A stretch of 64,000 nucleotides of DNA from Alphaproteobacteria bacterium. GTDB taxonomy: Bacteria; Pseudomonadota; Alphaproteobacteria; RF32; CAG-239. Positions 9,072 through 18,689 of this stretch are shown piece after piece. The stretch's first letter is position 1; each line of letters begins with the position of its first letter. The position numbers were made by a program, and so were the translations under genes. A model generated the notes under the pieces. It was not told the origin of the DNA and did not search any database. It saw nothing but the letters and a program-made list of their open reading frames with translations. The stretch covers positions 1,130 to 65,129 of the forward strand of contig CAAFZY010000035.1 of NCBI GenBank assembly GCA_900767645.1. The letters are read 5' to 3'.

Positions 9072-10301
9072 TCATACTTTCTTCCTTCTGAAATCTGTGA
9101 TTTCACCTGCCTTAAAGTTATAAATTGGCTTAATAATCTTTATAATTTCTGCAGTAGGCGTAATATTGTTTACAATATCATCCATATTTTTATAAGCCAT
9201 TGGACATTCATCAAGAGTATCCTCATTAATGGAAGTTGTATAAATTCCTTCCATAGAGCTTTTGAACTCTTCTACATTAAAATTTCTTTTTGCCTGCATA
9301 CGGCTATAAAGTCTTCCTGCGCCATGTGGAGCTGAATAGTTCCAATCAGGATTACCTTTACCTATGCAAATTAAACTACCATCACGCATATTAATTGGAA
9401 TAAGTATCTTTTCACCATCTTTTGCAGATACCGAGCCTTTGCGTAGAATCATTGCATCTGTATCAATGTAGTTATGAATAGTTGTGAAGGTTTCAACTAT
9501 ATGTAATCCTAGAGCTTCAATCATACTCTCTGCCATTGCTTTACGATTATACACGGCATACTTTTGCACGATTTTCATATCGTGAATATAATTTTCAAAC
9601 AATTTTCCTTCTAAATAAGCTAAAGACTTCGGAATATTAGTAATTACTTGAGATTTTAATTCTTTGATTGTCTTTTGTATCTCTGCTTGTCGCCCTTCTT
9701 TTTTCAATCTTGTAATTGTTTCTTCCAATTGCGAAGAAGAGTTATTGTTTAGGTGTTTGTATGCCTCTTCTTGATAGTATTCTGCAACTTGTTTGCCTAG
9801 ATAACGACTACCAGAGTGAACTACAAGGTAGATATTTCCATCGTCATCACGGTCAACCTCAATAAAGTGATTGCCTCCGCCGAGCGTTCCCATACTATGA
9901 ATAGCACGGTGTTTGTTGATTTGGCTTATGCATTGCAAATCCTCTATATCAATATTATTGATGTATTCGTGCGGAGTTTCACGAACAGTCATACCTGCAG
10001 GAATAGCAGCATATATAAACTCATCTAGTTTTTTAAGGTCTATATCCTTTTCTTTTAAGAGATAAGTAGCCATACCACAACCGATATCCACGCCTACAAG
10101 GTTTGGAACAATTTTATCTTTGATTGTCATAGTTGTTCCGATAGTGCATCCTGCACCTGCATGAACATCTGGCATAATACGAATTTGGCTTCCCTTTACA
10201 AATTCTTGGTCGCAAAGAGTTTTAATTTGTTCTTTGGATACATCATCCATAACATCCGTAAAAACCTTTGCTATATTATTATTTCCTTTTATTTCAATCA
10301 T
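9072..10301 (-). CDS. rtcB: RNA-splicing ligase RtcB (3'-phosphate/5'-hydroxyl RNA ligase)
   Basis: 409 aa with hallmark RtcB motifs: MPDVHAGAGCTIG, GGNHF, and the Cys/His-rich C-terminal metal/GTP site ...APHGAGR... Confidence 0.8.
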   Translation of the reverse strand: MIEIKGNNNIAKVFTDVMDDVSKEQIKTLCDQEFVKGSQIRIMPDVHAGAGCTIGTTMTIKDKIVPNLVGVDIGCGMATYLLKEKDIDLKKLDEFIYAAIPAGMTVRETPHEYINNIDIEDLQCISQINKHRAIHSMGTLGGGNHFIEVDRDDDGNIYLVVHSGSRYLGKQVAEYYQEEAYKHLNNNSSSQLEETITRLKKEGRQAEIQKTIKELKSQVITNIPKSLAYLEGKLFENYIHDMKIVQKYAVYNRKAMAESMIEALGLHIVETFTTIHNYIDTDAMILRKGSVSAKDGEKILIPINMRDGSLICIGKGNPDWNYSAPHGAGRLYSRMQAKRNFNVEEFKSSMEGIYTTSINEDTLDECPMAYKNMDDIVNNITPTAEIIKIIKPIYNFKAGEITDFRRKKV

Positions 10302-10486
10302 CTTTCTTCCTCTTTAATATCTTCAATTTGAAACATCTCTGTTGGTCCTTCATGATTATTGCACAATATCCTATTATCTTTGCAAAAACTGATTGATGAA
10401 TATTTTAATGGTAAAATAGTTTTACCGTTGCTAGTTATTAGTCCCTGTTTATCGTCCTTTTTGGCAACTAAAATACCATTTTTCAT
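10298..10486 (-). CDS. Small hypothetical protein (62 aa from ATG 10486; MKNGILVAKKDDKQGLITSNGKTILPLKY..., degenerate WG/KWG-repeat-like)
   Basis: ORF-track ORF 10298..10546 trimmed to first ATG. 4-nt overlap with rtcB start suggests translational coupling. Confidence 0.35.
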   Translation of the reverse strand: MKNGILVAKKDDKQGLITSNGKTILPLKYSSISFCKDNRILCNNHEGPTEMFQIEDIKEEER

Positions 10487-10610
10487 CACCTTTTGCGTTG
10501 TAATCATATTCTTCTTCGTGATAAAGTAAGTCTGCCTGATAATCATTATCCGTACGAAAAACTTTTATATCAGCCTGATAGTCGTAATCTGTTACAAAAA
10601 CTTTTACCAT
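10449..10610 (-). CDS. 53-aa acidic tandem-repeat peptide (MVKVFVTDYDYQADIKVFRTDNDYQADLLYHEEEYDYNAKGDEKWYFSCQKGR)
   Basis: ATG with AAGGAG 7 nt upstream. Two copies of a D-x-DYQAD(I/L) repeat. Overlaps the next small ORF in another frame. Below ORF-track size cutoff. Confidence 0.3.
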   Translation of the reverse strand: MVKVFVTDYDYQADIKVFRTDNDYQADLLYHEEEYDYNAKGDEKWYFSCQKGR

Positions 10611-10622
10611 GGTTAATCTCCT

Positions 10623-11225
10623 TTATTTATAGGTCAATGGATGTAATTTTTTATCATGCTCTTCTTTTTTTACCCATACAAGATTGGTAACGCTATTATT
10701 ATATGAGTTGTTGTCAATATGGTGGACACCCCATGCATTTTCTGGTTTTTCTAAAAATAATTCTGCAACAGCCTCATGAATTTTTACGCCTCTATTACTC
10801 CCTTCTTTATAGTTTACTTTTAGCATGACCTCCAGACGCTTGTCTCCTGGATAATTATTGTAAAAATTATGTAAATCAGCAATATGCTCTCTAAAATACT
10901 TTTTTTGCGTACTATTTAATTCTTCAAAAGCTATACCATACGCAAATTTATCAAATAAATGACCAAATACTTTTTTAGCTTCATCTATATTTTCAAAACG
11001 AGCTGCATATCCTAAATTGCTGATATAGAGACATTCTCGATAATACTTCCAAATTTCTCTAATTTGATAGCTCCCCATATATCCCATTTCTTGTTCATTA
11101 TTCTCAATCTTACCGACTGTCATCTTCTCATCACCATCATGCGACCACTTTCTACAATCAATCTGTCGAACGCTTTGACCATCATTTAAGAATATCGGTG
11201 TTTTAAATTTCTGTTCAATAATCAT
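10623..11225 (-). CDS. HNH homing-endonuclease-like protein
   Basis: C-terminal HNH_3 signature VKIHEAVAELFL...WGVHHIDNNSYNNSVTNLVWV. About 110-aa N-terminal region of unknown function. Confidence 0.7.
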   Translation of the reverse strand: MIIEQKFKTPIFLNDGQSVRQIDCRKWSHDGDEKMTVGKIENNEQEMGYMGSYQIREIWKYYRECLYISNLGYAARFENIDEAKKVFGHLFDKFAYGIAFEELNSTQKKYFREHIADLHNFYNNYPGDKRLEVMLKVNYKEGSNRGVKIHEAVAELFLEKPENAWGVHHIDNNSYNNSVTNLVWVKKEEHDKKLHPLTYK

Positions 11226-11252
11226 TTTTATTTTCCTTTATATCATCAAAAC

Positions 11253-11804
11253 CTATTTTATTATTTTCCGCTTGTCAATACGGTTAATCTGTTCTTTATA
11301 ATGCAATAATATCTTTCTTACTCTGTAGTTTTTATAAGTGTATTCTAATGCCGTTTTACCGCTATTATCACGTATATTCACATCTGCCCCATACTCGAGT
11401 AATGCTTTTATAACTTCAGGATTTTTATTTCCATACGCCGCCATAAACAGGGGTGTATCTCCATTGTTATCTCTGGTATTGATGTCTGCGCCGAGTTTAA
11501 GCAAAGCTTCAACAGTTTTAGCTGTTTTACTGTACCGAGCAACATAAAACAATGGCGTACGTCCATTATTATTGATTGCATTGATATCTACACCAGCATT
11601 TATCAAAATGTTGAACACATCTGATGTTGCACCATATTGTATAATCCTTGTAAAAGCCGTTTCACCTAAATTATTTTTGGCGTTTACGTCTGCCCCTGCA
11701 TCAATAAAAGCTTTTATAACATCAGCATCACACCAATGTGCCCAAAATAAAGGTGTTTCATTATCATTATCAGTTGCATTTACATCAGCACCTGATTGTA
11801 TCAA
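11253..11804 (-). CDS. Ankyrin-repeat protein, N-terminally truncated (open frame continues to ~11951 without a start codon, into a repeat element)
   Basis: At least 5 ankyrin repeats (…TPLFWA…GADVNAKNN.GETAF…). Translating upstream of the annotated TTG start gives a further in-frame ankyrin repeat (LDLNAKDERGFSVLFTSLAAVAKDNQEKIKLL) up to a TAG at 11952-11954, overlapping repeat copy B. Confidence 0.6.
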   Translation of the reverse strand: MIQSGADVNATDNDNETPLFWAHWCDADVIKAFIDAGADVNAKNNLGETAFTRIIQYGATSDVFNILINAGVDINAINNNGRTPLFYVARYSKTAKTVEALLKLGADINTRDNNGDTPLFMAAYGNKNPEVIKALLEYGADVNIRDNSGKTALEYTYKNYRVRKILLHYKEQINRIDKRKIIK

Positions 11805-11884
11805 AAGTTTTATTTTTTCTTGATTATCTTTGGCGACAGCAGCTAGTGATGTAAATAAAACCGAAAATCCTCGCTCATCTTTGG

Positions 11885-11930
11885 CATTGAGGTCTAGCCT
11901 CTTGTTTTTTAATAATATTTTGCGGTTCGT
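11885..11930 (+). repeat. Repeat family copy B (about 45-bp partial copy)
   Basis: cattgaggtctagcctcttgttttttaataatattttgcggttcg matches the cores of copies A (8433-8476) and C (18497-18540). Confidence 0.6.
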
Positions 11931-12187
11931 GTAAAGCCGTACTACAAAGCACTATTTTTGCAAGCTATACGAACCGGCTTTCACAACTTTTTTTATTTTT
12001 CAATACATTAAACCAGTTCGAATACAACCTGACCTTTGGGATATATGATAAGCATTTCAGATACCAATACCCGCCGCCAACTGCCTCCATGTAGCCGCCA
12101 TGGCAACCGGCATATCCATACTTTTTTAGATAATCACCAATTACACCTGCAATTTTCTATAAAGATTCAAGTATATATCTTACAACC

Positions 12188-13849
12188 TTATTTTATATTT
12201 ATCCTATCTTCCCAACTTAATTGCACTTTAAAATTTTTGCTCCGTAGATCATTTATTACATTATTCAATTGCATTTGGGCAAAAAAAGGAAGACGTTTTT
12301 CGACATTGCTACTAGTTAAAATTATATACTTTACAGTACTGCCTCGCCAATTTTCATTAATATGCTTAGTACAGTCCGGTATTTTTGAATTTACTGCTTC
12401 AACAAAACGCTCCGGTATTTGAGCATAAGTATCTGCAGAGACCAAACCCTGTGCAAATAAGTGGCTAAGAGAGTCTGGACCTCGTCTTATTTTTGAATGA
12501 ATAAAAACTTTTTGCTGAGGAATAAACACATCACAGACTTCTATTTGAGTATCATACACCACAATATGCTTATCCGCATTATCAAATAATTCTGCAGAAA
12601 GCTCAGAACTTACCTCTTTATTATAACAATATTCTCTCCTTACTTTTTTAGTTCCTAATGCTATATAATTTTGAATATTTTTATTAGCCCTATCAACACC
12701 AACTGAGCTCAACAAAACAGTTTTATCTTCAACCATCGCTATATTTGCTTTAATATCATTATATTTATCCCTATTTATATCAAATAACTCCCCATGAGAA
12801 ATAAAATAGACACTTCCATTTGCTTCAAATTCACCATATAAGCAATCAAGTAAATTCCATTTTTTTAGTTCACGTCCATCATCATCTAAAATAATCACAT
12901 TTTCACTTTCTAGCTTTTGATAGGTTAATTTTTGACCCTTTGCATACGTAGCGATATCAAAATCTGCACTTTCTACATCTCCAATTTTAAAATGATCTAT
13001 TTGAGCCAAATTAATATCGGTATCAGGTTCAAAGAAAAAGAAATCAGACAAATTATTTGATAATTTTTCTGAAATTATATCCTTCATATCATTCGTCATT
13101 TCGACAGGTGACAACCCTTTAAATAATTTCTTTTTGTCTTCTTCTGTTACAGAATCATAAATATCAATTAATTGACATAAACTTCCCTTCAGTTGTTCTA
13201 AAGAAATATTTTCATCCTCGTCATCAAGTATATAATTTAATGTTACATTAAGGGAACTATAGCTCCCCACCATTCCATGATAAAATTGTTTTTTATCTTT
13301 TGCGTAAGCCGTAACTTCTCTAATAACCTCATTATCTTTCAGCATAATATTAAAATTTTCATCATCAACCGATGCACCAAACATTCTATCTTTATTTATC
13401 GGGTTAGAGCTTATTTCTCTACTTTTTCCTCGTTTAATAGAAGCCCTCCCATCTACAAGCTCTTTATGTGCGATATATATACCAAAATATTTATTAATAA
13501 CTGATTTTTTTATAGAAAAATGTCCTGTTGCATAATTAAGTATAAACATATAATTTTTATTGTTTCTAGTAACAGGAATTAATACACTCGCTCCTTGCGA
13601 GAGTGTGTCTAATAATTTATTAGCAATATCTATTCCTGTAGTTTTTCTTAATTTCTCTGCCCAATCTGGTTTTTTATAATTTCCTTGTCTTCTATATATC
13701 ACACAAGAAGCATTGTCTAAATAAGTATTATAATTTTCAGGATAAATAATTTTTGACTCATCAAATTCTTCAATTACATCACTTAAATTCCGCAATGTAA
13801 CATCATTAGCCAACATTAAGGTTACATTTGTTTTAACAACTTTAGACAT
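12188..13849 (-). CDS. Hypothetical 553-aa protein, defence-island orphan (possible PD-(D/E)xK-type nuclease near C-terminus)
   Basis: Start placed at MSKVVKTN (AAGGA RBS 9 nt upstream) rather than the ORF-track start at 13906. No canonical NTP-binding motif. C-terminal VVYDTQIEVCDVFIPQQKVFIHSKIRRG resembles a D...E.K nuclease core. Confidence 0.55.
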   Translation of the reverse strand: MSKVVKTNVTLMLANDVTLRNLSDVIEEFDESKIIYPENYNTYLDNASCVIYRRQGNYKKPDWAEKLRKTTGIDIANKLLDTLSQGASVLIPVTRNNKNYMFILNYATGHFSIKKSVINKYFGIYIAHKELVDGRASIKRGKSREISSNPINKDRMFGASVDDENFNIMLKDNEVIREVTAYAKDKKQFYHGMVGSYSSLNVTLNYILDDEDENISLEQLKGSLCQLIDIYDSVTEEDKKKLFKGLSPVEMTNDMKDIISEKLSNNLSDFFFFEPDTDINLAQIDHFKIGDVESADFDIATYAKGQKLTYQKLESENVIILDDDGRELKKWNLLDCLYGEFEANGSVYFISHGELFDINRDKYNDIKANIAMVEDKTVLLSSVGVDRANKNIQNYIALGTKKVRREYCYNKEVSSELSAELFDNADKHIVVYDTQIEVCDVFIPQQKVFIHSKIRRGPDSLSHLFAQGLVSADTYAQIPERFVEAVNSKIPDCTKHINENWRGSTVKYIILTSSNVEKRLPFFAQMQLNNVINDLRSKNFKVQLSWEDRINIK

Positions 13850-14124
13850 TATATTTTCCTTTCTTAAAACCAGTAACAAAGATAGAAAACAGTTTTCTGT
13901 TATCACCTTAAATTTATAACATATAATTTTTATAATTTCAACAAAAAGTTTAAATATAAAAATAAGGCATTTAATTAGTATAGGCGCGGAGCACTTAGCA
14001 TTTCATAGCTATAAATCGACTCGCTGATGTTTGATGTTGTTTAATAGCTTATAAAGCCCAAAATATTTCTTGAAATCACAATCGTATTAATATAACAATA
14101 GATATTATTAAAAGGAGTTTCATT

Positions 14125-15039
14125 ATGATACCTAATTTCCAAGTATTTATGTTGCCTGTTCTTAAAGCTGCTGCACAAGGTTCTGTCAATATTTCTGATG
14201 TTGTTAAAAAAATTGCAGACGAAATGAACATTTCTGAAGAAGATAGAACTATAAAATTATCAAACGGAAACTCTCTGCTCTATGGGCGCATATCTTGGGC
14301 TAAAGCATATCTGTTACAAGCCGGATTACTAGAAAGTGTTGGTAGAGGGCAATTCACTACTACCGCAGAAGGATTAGCTCTTTTAGCAAAAAATCCTCAA
14401 ATAATAAATAACAAAACTCTAGAAAAATATCCGAGTTTCATAGCATTCCGAAAAAGAAGCAAAAAGTCAAAAGAAAAATCAGAAACTGATACTGAAAATT
14501 CTGATTTAGATGAGCTATCTCCAGAAGAAGCAATTCACCAATCTTTAGAAACTTTAAATTCTTCCTTAGCTAGTGAACTACTTAGTAGAATGTTAAAATC
14601 AACTCCGACATTTTTTGAAAATCTTATAATCAAACTGCTAATTGCAATGGGATACAGTAACAACACAGATGAGGGCTGGGAGCACACGGGAAAAACCGGT
14701 GATGATGGCATTGATGGAATTATCAACCAAGATGTTTTAGGTGTTGATAAGATTTATATTCAAGCAAAAAGATATGCAGACAACCACCCGATAACTTCCG
14801 CTGATTTAAGAAATTTTATCGGCGCACTGGATATGTGCCGTGCTGTCAAAGGTATTTTTGTCACCACTTCCGCCTTTACTAATGATGCCAAAAATACTGT
14901 AAAAAAATCATCAAAAAATATTGTTCTTATTGATGGCAACAAATTAACACAACTTATGATAAAATATAGCACAGGATGCAAAAACAAAGAGACTATTCAT
15001 ATTCAAAAAATTGATGAAGATTTCTTTGAAGAAATGTAA
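14125..15039 (+). CDS. mrr: Mrr-family restriction endonuclease (modified-DNA restriction)
   Basis: N-terminal Mrr_N winged-helix-like region. C-terminal Mrr_cat PD-(D/E)xK core GDDGIDGIINQD...IYIQAKRY...GIFVTTSAFT. Confidence 0.75.
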   Translation: MIPNFQVFMLPVLKAAAQGSVNISDVVKKIADEMNISEEDRTIKLSNGNSLLYGRISWAKAYLLQAGLLESVGRGQFTTTAEGLALLAKNPQIINNKTLEKYPSFIAFRKRSKKSKEKSETDTENSDLDELSPEEAIHQSLETLNSSLASELLSRMLKSTPTFFENLIIKLLIAMGYSNNTDEGWEHTGKTGDDGIDGIINQDVLGVDKIYIQAKRYADNHPITSADLRNFIGALDMCRAVKGIFVTTSAFTNDAKNTVKKSSKNIVLIDGNKLTQLMIKYSTGCKNKETIHIQKIDEDFFEEM

Positions 15040-15057
15040 TCATTTTAGTATACATTA

Positions 15058-16536
15058 TTAATACAGGCATAAACTATTTTCTATTATTTTATCATAATAA
15101 GACTGTTCATTTGCATCATCATCTGAAGAGCCATATTTATACTGGTACTGCATAGCATTAGACTTAGCCGTTTCTAGTAAATTAAAAAGCTCTAAAAACT
15201 TTTTTCTCCCATTATATCTTCTTATATCAGACTTTAATATATCATCTTTATATTTCAGGACATTATCTATATAAATGTAAAACTCTTTATATGTTGCAAA
15301 ATTGTCCTTCCCGACATTCCAGCTATTTACCTCCTGATGATAATTTTTTTCAAAACTATTATACTCAAGGTAACCATCAAGATTATATGCTCTCCGTGAA
15401 AGATCTTTAATGCTTAACATATTTTGCCTTGTATTCAAACCATATGATGAATCTGCAAACGGATGATTTGTATCTAAAGTAAGTTTATCATTGTATTTTG
15501 AACAAAGCTTATAGATAAGATATTCAGCCATTATTTTTTTGTTAATTTTGTTTGAAAGACATACAAACTCATTGCAAACATTTATTAACTCTCTATATGT
15601 AAGCTTTCCTTTATATGCATACTTTGTTATATTTTCAATAACCGTATTGTAACCATTAAAACCATCAGTATCTTCTATAACCTTCTTTTTAATTATATTT
15701 TTTAATTTAGTTTTAGATATATGAGTTTCTACTATTTTTTTATAATATTTTTCATCCGATGTGGGAAAAAGATAATTTTCTGTAATAAATTTTCTCATAT
15801 AATACTCAGAATTTTTAATATCGCCGTATGTTGACTGCACTGCCTGCACTAAAGCTTCGTTATTAACCGGCAATATTACATACAAATTATCTAAATCAAA
15901 AAAATGTTTTATAATTTCTAATGTTTTTAAAGCATAATCTGGACGACATCTATCTAGTTCATCAATGATAATTATTAACGGTTTAATACGGTTATTCACC
16001 AATATTTTAGCCAATTCTTTTTTAAATTCTTTCACTTCATCTTTTGTTTCTAAAAAGCTTTTACATAATTTTTCTAAATTATTTTCTATTCCTATTGAAA
16101 AAAATTTTAAATTAACTCCTACCTGTATACTAGATGATAACAATATCTTTTTGGCAACATTTGTAACCTTTTCTTTTAAAGTTGTTATGCTACTGTTTAC
16201 AGATGGCCTTAAATGCATTGTAAAATAATTCAAAATTTCTTTTGCAATAAAGCAAAACGGTGAAGGCTGATAATCGTTTTCCCACGCACTTATATATATA
16301 CAATGGTATCCATTCTTTTTAGCATGTTCACAAAATCTACTAAAAAAGTATGTTTTTCCCATTCCGTAAGAAGCCTCGACAGATAAAACATACGGATATT
16401 CATCATCTTCTATTTTTTTCAATAAATTATTGGCTAATTCAAGTGTCCCAGGAATAGCATCTTTCCATAAATTTTGTGTTTCAGCTTTAAAATCTTCTTC
16501 CGTTAAATTATATATATTAGCAAAGTCTTTTGGCAT
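15058..16536 (-). CDS. KAP-family P-loop NTPase
   Basis: Walker A SYGMGKTYFFSRF. Extended Walker B/KAP signature IIIIDELDRCRPDYALKTLEIIKHFFD. Start chosen at MPKDF (GGAGA RBS). Confidence 0.7.
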   Translation of the reverse strand: MPKDFANIYNLTEEDFKAETQNLWKDAIPGTLELANNLLKKIEDDEYPYVLSVEASYGMGKTYFFSRFCEHAKKNGYHCIYISAWENDYQPSPFCFIAKEILNYFTMHLRPSVNSSITTLKEKVTNVAKKILLSSSIQVGVNLKFFSIGIENNLEKLCKSFLETKDEVKEFKKELAKILVNNRIKPLIIIIDELDRCRPDYALKTLEIIKHFFDLDNLYVILPVNNEALVQAVQSTYGDIKNSEYYMRKFITENYLFPTSDEKYYKKIVETHISKTKLKNIIKKKVIEDTDGFNGYNTVIENITKYAYKGKLTYRELINVCNEFVCLSNKINKKIMAEYLIYKLCSKYNDKLTLDTNHPFADSSYGLNTRQNMLSIKDLSRRAYNLDGYLEYNSFEKNYHQEVNSWNVGKDNFATYKEFYIYIDNVLKYKDDILKSDIRRYNGRKKFLELFNLLETAKSNAMQYQYKYGSSDDDANEQSYYDKIIENSLCLY

Positions 16537-16737
16537 ATTCATTTCTCCGACTAATTTCTTTTTTAAGAGTATTATCACGTGTAATAATGAAAAACAAGTG
16601 TTTTAAAAAGCGTACGTCAGGATTCAACAGTAAGCATTACCCCCTAATCATAATTTTATTTGCTTGAAAATTGGTGGAATTTTACGTAGCATACATTTAA
16701 TCTGCTTATTTATCAACCAGATATAAGGTATCGCCGC

Positions 16738-16890
16738 ATGAAAAAAGCTTTAGTCGCGTTATTTTTACTACTATTTGCCATTCCGGCTTTAGCTTCAGAC
16801 AGCGCCACCGTTGTGATGAACATTAAAACATATATTTACCATAAACCAACCTGCACTATAGATTTGGTGCATTACAGACTTTGCCTCTAA
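16738..16890 (+). CDS. Small secreted peptide (50 aa; signal peptide MKKALVALFLLLFAIPALA plus a 31-aa mature part with 2 Cys)
   Basis: ATG with AAGG upstream and a classical Sec signal peptide. Below ORF-track cutoff. Confidence 0.35.
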   Translation: MKKALVALFLLLFAIPALASDSATVVMNIKTYIYHKPTCTIDLVHYRLCL

Positions 16891-17353
16891 ACCTATTGCA
16901 AATGCTTGAAGTAAACACAAAACAAAAAATATTTCTAGTATAACCATGCTTTAATCCTTTATTTGAATTTGAACATATGATGAGTTTATTACTACTATAA
17001 AAAAATATAAGGCGCAATTGTTTTTATTGCCCAATTTTGTTATAAAACACCCTACAATTACCGAATTGTCTTTTTCTAATAAAATATATATTAAATCTGA
17101 AATCGCTCACATAGGGTAAGAAAATAAGCTCTAAAAAATATTGAAAAGGCGGCATACCGCCCTTCCAATATTTTGTTTATATATAATACATTAAGAAAAT
17201 ATTTTTCCAGCAGTCTTAAAAAGTTTTCCAACATGATAAAACCAATTTTTTTGGTGAATAATACGTTCTTTATGATAATTTCCTGTCACCACTTCTTTTT
17301 TAGTCATTTTAGAATACGTTTCCAATTTTCATCAAAAACGTATGTCGCATTAT

Positions 17354-18112
17354 CTAGAGATGTACTTTCCAATATGGAAAGATGTTCTTCTTGATATGTA
17401 TAAACCGTGTAATTTCTAAAATACGAAGCTCCAACATAAACGGCTGAAGGATGTTGAGACATAAGATAATCGTGCCTTGTTGCAATAAATTGTTGCTCTC
17501 TTTTGTTTTTTTATAAAAATTCGGGCAGACATCTATAATTGATAAATTTTTTCCTTCAAATTTATGTCCTTGCGGAAAGATTATCCATGGTAATCTCTTT
17601 ACAATTTGAACGTTGTCAACACTATCTGTTACCACGCAGGAACCAAAAACTTCCAAAAACATATTAACAACATGCAAGAGCCTTTTGGCATCAGTTTTTT
17701 TAATTGGCTCAGAAATCACGCATTTCTTATTTTTTGAATATATCATTATCTCCAAAGGAGGCAGTTCTTCCGTAACAGGATAACATTTTCTGTAAATATC
17801 ACAAAATCTACCTTGTTCTTCACCATTCCATAATGTCCACGTCCAATATATTGTATTAACATATCGTTTTTCTTTAGGTCTGTCTTTATGCACTACATGT
17901 TTTCCATTCAGATTGTAATCTGTGAATCGTCCTAGCTCACATGGCACAACATTATCCCCATTCTCTATTGGAAGAGAAAAACCTACTTTTTTTAGCATAT
18001 CATCAGAAATATTTGGTTCAGATGTAACAATGACACTATTCGCTTTAATATTGGCAATTTCTTTAAGAAAAGAACTACTGCTTCGTTTATATTTTTTATT
18101 TATAAAAATCAT
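17354..18112 (-). CDS. Hypothetical protein (252 aa)
   Basis: Long ORF, no recognisable motifs. Isolated between the KAP NTPase gene and repeat copy C. Confidence 0.45.
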   Translation of the reverse strand: MIFINKKYKRSSSSFLKEIANIKANSVIVTSEPNISDDMLKKVGFSLPIENGDNVVPCELGRFTDYNLNGKHVVHKDRPKEKRYVNTIYWTWTLWNGEEQGRFCDIYRKCYPVTEELPPLEIMIYSKNKKCVISEPIKKTDAKRLLHVVNMFLEVFGSCVVTDSVDNVQIVKRLPWIIFPQGHKFEGKNLSIIDVCPNFYKKTKESNNLLQQGTIILCLNILQPFMLELRILEITRFIHIKKNIFPYWKVHL

Positions 18113-18450
18113 ATTTTTTACCTCTTTTTACTAAATTAATGTTGTTAAAAATATGAAACTTTATACTTGACTAAATTGCAAAATGCTATAATAGTATTTT
18201 TTGTAAAAGATTCAGAAGCATAAAGTTTCTACTTGCGGTTTTGGAGTCGTTATCTCCATTGCCGCATTTATTTTAATTTACAACAATATCTCGTCAAGTT
18301 TTAAAGACTATTTGTTCACAATTTGTTCGAATTTTACAAATAAAAAAATACTCAGAATTCCTTTACAAAAGGCCATTTTATTATTTTTAAGTATTGCTGT
18401 TAAAATCAACCTCTGGTTTTTGACACCCATAAGTTAAAAACAATCAAAAT

Positions 18451-18647
18451 TTTGGCTCGAGAACCGTGAATTCACCCCAGCCAGACTGGACAGAGGTTAG
18501 ATTTTGAGGCCTAGCCTCTTGTTTTTTAAGGATATTTTGCGGTTCGCAGAAGGCGTTTTTTGAAATCATCTTCGAACTGGTGTCATCAAAAATATGACAC
18601 AATCAAGATGTTATGATATTTATGCCTATTTCTGAAGGCGCCATATA
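18451..18647 (+). repeat. Repeat family copy C (197 bp)
   Basis: See copy A; matches across both halves. Confidence 0.7.
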
Positions 18648-18689
18648 GTTTCCTATTATTTACCCAAATTAAATGAAAATTTGAAACGT

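Noticed and set aside
12036-12422. Plus-strand ORF 12036..12422
   Set aside because: Overlaps the 3' end of the 572-aa gene antisense. Low-complexity translation.
17480-17535. A7 tract inside the 252-aa gene as a frameshift site
   Set aside because: Translation across the tract stays in frame (…DVCPNFYKKTKESNNLLQQGT…). No evidence of disruption.
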